From the IMG/VR virus record IMGVR_UViG_2713896773_000012: DNA of 4,990 bases; one strand, written 5' to 3'. The notes below the pieces were generated by a model that was given only the letters and a program-made list of their open reading frames with translations, was not told where the DNA came from and searched no databases. The position numbers and the translations under genes were made by a program. This DNA is from a virus. Taxonomy: Duplodnaviria; Heunggongvirae; Uroviricota; Caudoviricetes. Shown here one piece after another: positions 1 to 4,990 of this stretch (positions within the stretch are counted from its first letter, which is position 1; the number at the start of each line of letters is the position of its first letter).

Positions 1-414
1 CTGCATCAGGCTGTTTTTTGTTTCTTCCGCCTCCCGGATCCGGAACAGTTTTTCTGCTTCCGTATCCTTCACCCAGGCTGTGCCGTTCCACTTCTGAAAC
101 TCCCCTTCCGGGGATAACCAGGTGATATTTTCCGGTAGAGGTCCGAGTTCAGAAATAAATAACGAGTCGCCGGAAGCCACGTCATAGACGTTTTTTCCCC
201 GATGATCTTCAACGAGATGCCACGATGCCTCATCACTGTTGAAAACAGCCACGAAGCCTGCCGGAATATCTGGCGGTGCAATATAGGTACTGTTTGCTGG
301 CAGACCTGTATGAGGCGGAATATATGCGTCACCTTCACCAATAAATTCATTAGTTCCGGCCAGCAGATTATAAATTTTTATGGTCCGTGGTTGTTCACTC
401 ATTCTGAATGCCAT
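1..414 (-). CDS. tfa: Tail fibre assembly protein Tfa (lambda Tfa family); ATG at 414-412, 138 codons in window with no stop, 3' end beyond window start
   Basis: Manual translation of the minus strand from 414 gives [138 protein letters not shown], open to position 1. This matches lambda Tfa as I recall it. Start overlaps the upstream stop (TAATG). Not in the ORF track because no stop lies in the window. Confidence 0.85.
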   Translation of the reverse strand, partial: MAFRMSEQPRTIKIYNLLAGTNEFIGEGDAYIPPHTGLPANSTYIAPPDIPAGFVAVFNSDEASWHLVEDHRGKNVYDVASGDSLFISELGPLPENITWLSPEGEFQKWNGTAWVKDTEAEKLFRIREAEETKNSLMQ

Positions 415-713
415 TACGCAAGCCTCACAATATAGTTAAATGCGATGTTTTTGACGGTGTTTTCCGCGTTACCAGCAGCGTTAACGGTGATGGTATGTCC
501 ATGTGAACCAATCGCAACGGAGTGCGTATGAGCACCAATACCGACAGTATGTGCGTGTGCACCTGCGCTTGCAGCAGTACCCGATACAGAGTGCGTATGA
601 GCGCCTGCAGAAGAAGTGTTAACACTGTATTTAGAATAATCAGGTGATCCACTTCCCGGAGCACCACTGGAACCACCTGAAACAAATGTCATCGAATGGG
701 TATGTGCACCGGC
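414..713 (-). pseudogene. Side tail fibre protein Stf, C-terminal remnant (about 100 codons) lacking its N-terminal part
   Basis: ORF-track protein 414..722 ends ...[31 protein letters not shown], the characteristic lambda Stf C-terminus, and carries (G/A)AHxHS repeats. It has no upstream Stf body: the sequence 5' of about 713 is J-derived in another frame. Boundary is approximate (about 10 bp). Confidence 0.75.
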
Positions 714-1026
714 TGTCCCCATGCATTTACCGCCCGGACTGTCAGCCTGTAATTTCCCAGCGCCAGCTGCGTGAAGCGATATGTGGTTTCCGTCGTCCGG
801 GCCGTGCTGACCAACCGCTCACTGCCGTCGTCCGCTGCCACGGTCAGGCGAAGCATAAAGCTCACCCCCTTCACCACCTTCGGCGTGTCCCAGCGCGCCA
901 GCACCTGGTATTCCCCGCTGTCTGCGGTGACTTCTGCGGTCAGGTGCTGAACTGCTGGCGGCGTGACACCATTCACCGTGCCGCTCTGGTCACCGTCAAA
1001 GTGCGCCCCGTTATCAGTTCATCCAG
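714..1026 (-). pseudogene. Host specificity protein J (central tail fibre), internal fragment of about 105 codons, no start or native stop
   Basis: Minus-strand translation reads ...[101 protein letters not shown], matching an internal stretch of lambda J. It is flanked by nu1 sequence upstream and Stf sequence downstream. Confidence 0.75.
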
Positions 1027-1518
1027 CGCGGCTGCTTTGTTCATGGCTTTGATGATATCCCGTTTCAGGAAATCAACATGTCGGTTTTCCAGTTCCGGAA
1101 AACGCCGCTGCACCGACAGGGGGATCCCGTCGAGAATACTGGCAATTTCACCTGCGATCCGCGACAGCACGAAAGTACAGAATGCGGTTTCCACCACTTC
1201 AGCGGAGTCTCTGGCATTTTTCAGCTCCTGTGCGTCGGCCTGCGCACGCGTAAGTCGATGGCGTTCGTACTCAATAGTCCCTGGCTGGAGATCTGTCTCG
1301 CTGGCCTGCCGCAGTTCTTCAACTTCCCGGCGCAGCTTTTCGTTCTCAATTTCAGCATCCCTTTCGGCATACCATTTTATGACGGCGGCAGAATCATAAA
1401 GCACCTCATTACCCTTGCCACCGCCTCGCAGAACGGGCATTCCCTGTTCCTGCCAGTTCTGAATGGTACGGATACTCGCACCGAAAATGTCAGCCAGCTG
1501 CTTTTTGTTGACTTCCAT
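973..1518 (-). CDS. nohA: Terminase small subunit Nu1 homologue (cryptic prophage Noh type); residues 1-169 Nu1-like, last 12 residues (TGRTLTVTRAAR) from out-of-frame J sequence
   Basis: ORF-track 181-aa protein MEVNKKQLADIFGASIRTIQNWQEQGMPVLRGGGKGNEVLYDSAAVIKWYAERDAEIENEKLRREVEELRQ... is near-identical to lambda Nu1 up to ...KAAALDELI, then diverges. The start lies about 190 bp downstream of cosN, as in lambda. Symbol nohA rests on Qin-like neighbours (ynfO, ydfO, gnsB, cspI); nohD/nohB of DLP12 cannot be excluded. Confidence 0.88.
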   Translation of the reverse strand: MEVNKKQLADIFGASIRTIQNWQEQGMPVLRGGGKGNEVLYDSAAVIKWYAERDAEIENEKLRREVEELRQASETDLQPGTIEYERHRLTRAQADAQELKNARDSAEVVETAFCTFVLSRIAGEIASILDGIPLSVQRRFPELENRHVDFLKRDIIKAMNKAAALDELITGRTLTVTRAAR

Positions 1519-1529
1519 TGTTCATTCCA

Positions 1530-1740
1530 CGGACAAAAACAGAGAAAGGAAACGACAAAGGCCAAAAAGCCCGCTTTCAGCACCTGTCGTTTCCTTTCTT
1601 TTCAGGGGGTATTTTAAATAAAAACATTAAGTTACGACGAAGAAGAACGGAAACACCTTAAACCGGAAAATTTTCATAAATAGCGAAAACCCGCGAGGTC
1701 GCCGCCCCGTAACCTGTCGGATCACCGGAAAGGACCCGTA
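1530..1740 (-). other. Lambda-type cos site: cosB (R1/R2/R3 gpNu1 sites and IHF site I1, about 1535-1660), cosN (12-nt cohesive end 1696-1707), cosQ region (about 1720-1740 by analogy)
   Basis: Reverse complement of 1696-1713 is GTTACG/GGGCGGCGACCT, the lambda right-end/left-end junction with the 12-nt cohesive end. Minus-strand sequence downstream reads CGCGGGTTTTCGCTATTTATGAAAATTTTCCGG... with repeated CGTTTCC(G/T)TTCT-type R elements and an A/T-rich IHF-like segment before the nu1 ATG. 1714-1906 matches the terminal 190 bp of lambda's right end as I recall it. Confidence 0.8.
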
Positions 1741-1906
1741 AAGTGATAATGATTATCATCTACATATCACAACGTGCGTGGAGGCCATCAAACCACGTCA
1801 AATAATCAATTATGACGCAGGTATCGTATTAATTGATCTGCATCAACTTAACGTAAAAACAACTTCAGACAATACAAATCAGCGACACTGAATACGGGGC
1901 AACCTC

Positions 1907-2140
1907 ATGTCAACGAAGAACAGAACCCGCAGAACAACAACCCGCAACATCCGCTTTCCTAACCAAATGATTGAACAAATTAACATCGCTCTTGAGCAAA
2001 AAGGGTCCGGGAATTTCTCAGCCTGGGTCATTGAAGCCTGCCGCCGGAGACTGTGCTCAGAAAAAAGAGTTTCTTCTGAAGCAAACAAAGAAAAGAGTGA
2101 CATTACTGAATTGCTCAGAAAACAGGTCAGACCAGATTGA
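1907..2140 (+). CDS. ynfO: Small Arc/Mnt-like ribbon-helix-helix DNA-binding protein (YnfO/YlcI-type prophage protein), 77 aa
   Basis: ORF-track 77-aa protein. The segment TRNIRFPNQMIEQINIALEQKGSGNFSAWVIEACRRRL fits the RHH pattern (beta-strand RNIRFP, helix A, G-x-S/N turn, helix B) and parallels P22 Arc (FNLRWP...ENGRSVNSEIYQRV). Symbol is assigned by position between nohA-like and ydfO-like, not by remembered sequence. Confidence 0.6.
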   Translation: MSTKNRTRRTTTRNIRFPNQMIEQINIALEQKGSGNFSAWVIEACRRRLCSEKRVSSEANKEKSDITELLRKQVRPD

Positions 2141-2197
2141 AGCAATTTAGATAATCGTGCAGACTACGCCCCCTCATATCACATGGAAGGTTTATCT

Positions 2198-2608
2198 ATG
2201 GATCAGGTAGTCATTTTTAAACAAATATTTGATAAAGTTCGAAACGATTTAAACTATCAATGGTTTTATTCTGAGCTAAAACGTCACAATGTCTCACATT
2301 ACATTTACTATTTAGCCACAGAGAATGTTCATATTGTATTAAAAAATGATAATACAGTGTTATTAAAGGGCCTAAAAAACATTGTGTCTGTCAAATTTTC
2401 AAAGGATAGGCATCTTATAGAAACGACCTCTAATAAGCTGAAATCCAGAGAGATCACATTTCAGGAATACAGAAGAAACCTTGCTAAAGCAGGAGTTTTT
2501 CGGTGGGTTACAAATATCCACGAACAAAAAAGATATTACTATACCTTTGATAATTCATTACTATTTACTGAAAGCATCCAGAAAACTACACAGATCTTAC
2601 CACGCTAA
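2198..2608 (+). CDS. ydfO: DUF1398-family prophage protein (YdfO/YbcV-like), 136 aa from the second ATG
   Basis: ORF-track ORF 2183..2608. The internal ATG at 2198 is preceded by GGAAGG (2185-2190) at 7-nt spacing, giving 136 aa ([30 protein letters not shown]...). Recognised as the YdfO/YbcV family; very AT-rich coding sequence. Confidence 0.75.
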
Positions 2609-2616
2609 ACCATAAC

Positions 2617-2645
2617 GTCCGGCTTCTCTCACTCCTGAGCCGGAC
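2617..2645 (+). terminator. GC-rich stem-loop just after the ydfO stop; candidate terminator with a poor U-tract
   Basis: Perfect 8-bp inverted repeat GTCCGGCT (2617-2624) / AGCCGGAC (2638-2645) with a 13-nt loop. The following sequence CTGCATTGGTTTAAT is only weakly T-rich. Confidence 0.35.
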
Positions 2646-2711
2646 TGCATTGGTTTAATAAAAACCATCAACAATTGTGATTTAGATATTCGGAACCATT
2701 CAAATATAACA

Positions 2712-2733
2712 AAACCCCGTAAAAACGAGGTTT
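2712..2733 (-). terminator. Rho-independent terminator downstream of gnsB (minus strand)
   Basis: Minus-strand RNA reads CCUCG-UUUUUA-CGGGG followed by UUUUGUUAUAUUU (5-bp stem including one G-U pair, then a U-tract). It lies 27 bp past the gnsB stop. On the plus strand the same stem has a C-A mismatch, so it is oriented for the minus strand. Confidence 0.55.
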
Positions 2734-2759
2734 ATGGATAAATTTTATTATTGAATACA

Positions 2760-2933
2760 TCAGATTAAATTAATCTTGACATCATAGCTTTCAAGACCCG
2801 TCATTTTTTCCCGTGCGGTAAACTGAATACTGGTAACTTCTTTCCCGGTCTTTTTCTTAAGTTCAATAATTTTTTTTGTTATATATTCAGAAATATCTGC
2901 TTCTGCTTTTGTTTTTAAGTTTTCAATATTCAT
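2760..2933 (-). CDS. gnsB: GnsA/GnsB-family small protein, 57 aa
   Basis: Manual minus-strand translation gives MNIENLKTKAEADISEYITKKIIELKKKTGKEVTSIQFTAREKMTGLESYDVKINLI, which carries the GnsA/GnsB signature (TGKEV...FTAREKMTGLESYDVKI). AGAGGA Shine-Dalgarno lies 4 nt upstream of the ATG at 2933. Below the length cut-off of the ORF track. Confidence 0.8.
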   Translation of the reverse strand: MNIENLKTKAEADISEYITKKIIELKKKTGKEVTSIQFTAREKMTGLESYDVKINLI

Positions 2934-2981
2934 CATTTCCTCTTTTAGTCTGTTATGACTTTCCAGTTACACAGTAAGTCG

Positions 2982-2987
2982 ATTATA
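2982..2987 (-). promoter_or_regulatory. Candidate sigma70 -10 hexamer (TATAAT) for gnsB
   Basis: Minus-strand sequence ...CTTATCTTTTACACGTTTGCACCATATAATCGACTTACTG... has a consensus TATAAT about 48 nt upstream of the gnsB ATG. The -35 region is weak (TTATCT/TTTACA with suboptimal spacing). Pattern-based only. Confidence 0.3.
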
Positions 2988-3104
2988 TGGTGCAAACGTG
3001 TAAAAGATAAGATGAAACATCGCAATAATCAACATACGATAGTCTAAATTTTACACAAACAGACAAAGAGAATTTTCCTGAATTATCAATGCAATAGCAT
3101 CAAA

Positions 3105-3335
3105 TCAACTCAAGAGCCTTATTGCTGCTTCCAGAATTTCTTCTGAAGTAACATGTCGATCCGCGGCTACATAAATGACTTTATGATCTCCGGTCAGAGA
3201 TGGAAACCCTGCGGCCATTACAGTAAGGTGTGTTTTTTCGCCATTTGGATATTCACGCATGATGGTGTTAACTCCAGTCATCGCTGGCACTACCACTGCT
3301 GGTTCAGAGTTAAAAAAAACTATGATTTTTTTCAT
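3105..3335 (-). CDS. ynfN: Small protein of the YnfN/YmcE family (76 aa from ATG 3335; alternative 51-aa product from ATG 3260)
   Basis: ORF-track ORF 3105..3377 begins at a non-ATG codon; the first ATG (3335) gives MKKIIVFFNSEPAVVVPAMTGVNTIMREYPNGEKTHLTVMAAGFPSLTGDHKVIYVAADRHVTSEEILEAAIRLLS. The internal ATG at 3260 has GGAG 11 nt upstream and gives 51 aa, the length I recall for K-12 YnfN. Position between gnsB and cspI mirrors the chromosomal gnsA-ymcE-cspG arrangement. Confidence 0.55.
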   Translation of the reverse strand: MKKIIVFFNSEPAVVVPAMTGVNTIMREYPNGEKTHLTVMAAGFPSLTGDHKVIYVAADRHVTSEEILEAAIRLLS

Positions 3336-3377
3336 GATGTTACCGTAGTATGTGAGTATCCATCGAATAGACACCAA

Positions 3378-3403
3378 GCAAAAAAGCTCCCGAAGGAGCC
3401 TTC
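3378..3403 (-). terminator. Strong Rho-independent terminator (minus strand) with a C(UUCG)G tetraloop, between the cspI remnant and ynfN
   Basis: Minus-strand RNA reads AAGGCUCC-UUCG-GGAGCUUUUUUGC: a stem of 7-8 bp (one G-U), a UUCG loop closed by C-G, then six U. Confidence 0.6.
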
Positions 3404-3606
3404 ATTTTCACTTTTTTAAATCCAACGACAGACGGCTGGCATTTAAGTATTGTGAAATATTATCAAATGTAATCATCATTGATTTACAAAAGATACATTT
3501 TGCCCCGAAAGGATTCATGTCAGAAACATCAAAAGATGATGTTCTATACTGGGAACCATGACAACACGGGCATCTAAAGTGAATATGGTTTGTAATATTG
3601 TCTACC

Positions 3607-3732
3607 TCAAAGCGCCACTACATGAACAGCGGCAGGACCTTTAGGTCCGTTCTCAATACCAAATTCAACTTCCTGATTCTCAGTTAATGTTTTGAAATCG
3701 TTGCTCTGAATTGCTGAGAAATGGACAAACAC
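3607..3732 (-). pseudogene. cspI: Cold-shock protein CspI, 3' remnant (codons 30-70 plus stop); 5' part displaced or removed by IS3
   Basis: Manual minus-strand translation from 3732 gives [41 protein letters not shown], the C-terminal two-thirds of a CspA-family protein (RNP2 motif VFVHF present, RNP1 KGFGFI absent). The reading frame runs directly into the IS3 right inverted repeat at 3733. Confidence 0.8.
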
Positions 3733-3771
3733 TGATCCTACCCACGTAATATGGACACAGGCCTAAGCGAG
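3733..3771. repeat. IS3 terminal inverted repeat at the orfB-proximal end (IRR)
   Basis: Begins TGATCC...; pairs with the 4952-4990 repeat. The orfB stop (3763-3765) lies inside it. Confidence 0.85.
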
Positions 3772-4629
3772 GTTCTTGTTTTCAAATTGTTCCGGACTGA
3801 GGCCGCCACACCAACTGTGCCGCCGCCACCGATTGTAATCACATTCGATATAATTAAACACCGTTGCCCGCATTATTTCCCGGCTGATAAAGTGTTCTCC
3901 ATGGATACATTCCACTTTCAGCGAATGAAAGAAGCTTTCCACGCAGGCATTATCGTAGCAGCAACCTTTTGCGCTCATACTTCCACGCAGATTATGCCGC
4001 TTCAGTTGCGCCTGATAATCTGCTGAACAGTACTGGCCTCCACGGTCCGTGTGAACGATAACGTTCCGGGGCCTCTTACGCCGCCACAGCGCCATCTGCA
4101 GGGCATCGCAGGCCAGTTGCGCCGTCATGCGTGGCGACATTGACCAGCCAATAACGGCACGTGACCACAGGTCAATGACCACTGCCAGATACAGCCAGCC
4201 TTCATCTGTACGTAAGTACGTGATGTCTCCTGCCCACTTCTGGTTCGGGCCACTGGCGTAAAAATCCTGCTCCAACAGATTTTCTGACACAGGCAGGCCG
4301 TGTGCGCGGTAGCTGACCGGGCTGAACTTCCGGGAGGCCTTTGCCCTCAGTCCCTGACGGCGCAGGCTTGCCGCCACGGTTTTTACGTTAAAGGGGTAAC
4401 CCTGAGCACGCAGTTCATCCGTCAGGCGTGGGGCACCGTAACGCTGTTTTGACCGGGTAAAAGCCGCGAGGACAACGCTGTCGCAGTGTTGGCGGAACTG
4501 CTGACGCGTGCTTATCCTTGTCCGCCGCTGACACCACGTATACCAGCCGCTGCGGGCCACCCGGAGCACGCGGCACATTGCTTTGATGCTGAACTCAGCC
4601 TGATGTTTTTCAATAAAGACATACTTCAT
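3763..4629 (-). CDS. insF: IS3 transposase OrfB (InsF), 288 aa, DDE catalytic domain; expressed mainly as an OrfAB fusion by -1 frameshifting
   Basis: ORF-track 288-aa protein [36 protein letters not shown]... with DDE context motifs ([29 protein letters not shown]). The ATG overlaps the orfA stop (ATGA) in the -1 frame. Confidence 0.95.
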
Positions 4630-4925
4630 TTCAGGCGCTTCGCGAAGTATGTCGCGGCCTTTTGGAGGATAGCCAGCTCTTCATCCCGTTCTGCCAGCTG
4701 GCGTTTGAGACGTGCAATCTCGGTAGACATCTCCAGTTCACGTTCAGAAGACGTCTGCTGATTTTGCTGTTTACTGCGCCAGTTGTAGAGTTGTGATTCA
4801 TACAGGCTGAGTTCACGGGCTGCGGCAGTAACACCGATGCGTTCAGCAAGCTTCAGGGCTTCACTGCGAAATTCAGGCGAATGCTGTTTACGGGGTTTTT
4901 TACTGGTTGATACTGTTTTTGTCAT
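4626..4925 (-). CDS. insE: IS3 transposase OrfA (InsE), 99 aa, helix-turn-helix/leucine-zipper subunit
   Basis: ORF-track protein (MTH)[102 protein letters not shown] at 4925 is preceded by GAGGTGA; the track start at 4934 is a GTG. Confidence 0.93.
4669..4673 (-). other. Programmed -1 ribosomal frameshift slippery site (A-AAG) for the OrfAB transposase
   Basis: Minus-strand sequence CTC CAA AAG GCC (L-Q-K-A in the orfA frame) contains A AAA G, 43-47 nt upstream of the orfA stop. The IS3 family is known to use an A-AAG shift followed by downstream structure. Confidence 0.6.
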
Positions 4926-4951
4926 GTGAGTCACCTCTGACTGAGAGTTTA

Positions 4952-4990
4952 CTCACTTAGCCGCGTGTCCACTATTGCTGGGTAAGATCA
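4952..4990. repeat. IS3 terminal inverted repeat at the orfA-proximal end (IRL)
   Basis: Reverse complement reads TGATCTTACCCAGCAATAGTGGACACGCGGCTAAGTGAG, an imperfect match to 3733-3771. Confidence 0.85.

Larger units (their letters stand above)
3733..4990 (-). mobile_element. IS3 insertion sequence, complete (1,258 bp), transposase genes on the minus strand
   Basis: Ends are imperfect inverted repeats of about 39 bp: TGATCCTACCCACGTAATATGGACACAGGCCTAAGCGAG at 3733 and the reverse complement of TGATCTTACCCAGCAATAGTGGACACGCGGCTAAGTGAG ending at 4990. Internal orfA and orfB match IS3 InsE and InsF. Length equals canonical IS3. The window ends exactly at the outer IS3 end. Confidence 0.95.

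Noticed and set aside
69-435. ORFs 69..350 (-) and 202..435 (+)
   Set aside because: Both lie inside the tfa coding region in other frames. The tfa frame is continuous, starts at a stop-overlapping ATG and matches lambda Tfa; these alternatives have no supporting features.
425-685. 86-aa minus-strand ORF overlapping the Stf remnant
   Set aside because: Alternative frame of the Stf C-terminal fragment; the Stf frame carries the recognisable ...[12 protein letters not shown] terminus.
414-722. Possible CRISPR array or tandem DNA repeat
   Set aside because: The periodicity is in-frame coding repetition of the Stf HxH motif, with degenerate units and no spacer/repeat architecture. No CRISPR-like array exists anywhere in the window.
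644-1399. 251-aa plus-strand ORF (and the overlapping 179-aa ORF at 1078..1617)
   Set aside because: Antisense to the strongly supported nu1 and J sequences on the minus strand; the translations are low-complexity, Arg/Ser/Cys-rich and resemble nothing I recognise. Long antisense ORFs are expected in GC-balanced coding DNA.
1377-1583. 68-aa minus-strand ORF spanning the nu1 start and cosB
   Set aside because: Out of frame with nu1 and overlapping the cosB repeats; no ribosome-binding site; nu1 is the supported reading.
1833-1859. Candidate sigma70 promoter for ynfO (TTGATC ... TAAAAA)
   Set aside because: Spacer of only 15-16 bp and a poor -10; too weak to report as a feature without transcript data.
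1879-2145. 88-aa minus-strand ORF antisense to ynfO
   Set aside because: Fully overlaps the RHH-like plus-strand ORF, which has a recognisable fold signature; the antisense translation has none.
973-2608. Assignment to the DLP12 prophage (nohD, ylcI, ybcV) instead of a Qin-like prophage
   Set aside because: Nu1 and DUF1398 homologues occur in both, but the adjacent gnsB, ynfN-like and cspI genes are the Qin-type cargo set as I recall it. Gene symbols were chosen accordingly, though this is positional reasoning, not a database match.
3153-3561. Plus-strand ORFs 3153..3419 and 3352..3561
   Set aside because: The first is antisense to ynfN; the second reads through the 3378-3403 terminator hairpin and an AT-rich region, with no ribosome-binding site and a low-complexity product.
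3751-4849. ORFs 3751..4026 (+), 4486..4761 (+) and 4631..4849 (-) inside IS3
   Set aside because: Alternative-frame or antisense ORFs within the insE/insF coding sequence; IS3 is known to encode only OrfA, OrfB and the OrfAB fusion.
1-4990. A novel defence or anti-phage system
   Set aside because: Every sizeable ORF is accounted for by recognisable prophage, IS3 or small-protein families. No nuclease, ATPase, methyltransferase, reverse transcriptase or other defence-type domain was seen. Only the small cargo genes remain functionally open, and they are reported as hypotheses.

Overview
This 4,990-bp window reads as a decayed lambdoid cryptic prophage segment of an E. coli-type genome (gene content most like the Qin-type prophage), ending in a complete IS3 element. 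On the minus strand, left to right: a tail fibre assembly gene tfa (start at 414, 3' end off-window), a C-terminal remnant of side tail fibre Stf, an internal fragment of host-specificity protein J, and a Nu1-type terminase small subunit whose last 12 codons come from out-of-frame J sequence. A lambda-like cos site follows (cosN 12-mer at 1696-1707, cosB repeats between cosN and nu1). Right of cos is AT-rich accessory cargo: ynfO-like (Arc-type ribbon-helix-helix) and ydfO-like (DUF1398) on the plus strand, convergent with gnsB-like, ynfN/ymcE-like and a cspI cold-shock remnant on the minus strand. The cspI remnant abuts, at about codon 30, a full-length and apparently intact IS3 (1,258 bp, 3733-4990, insE/insF with an A-AAG slippery site). 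No CRISPR array, tRNA or rRNA was seen. I do not see a convincing novel defence system; the most testable unknowns are the ynfO-ydfO pair and the gnsB-ynfN pair. All homology statements come from reading the translations and recalling lambda and E. coli proteins, not from a database search.
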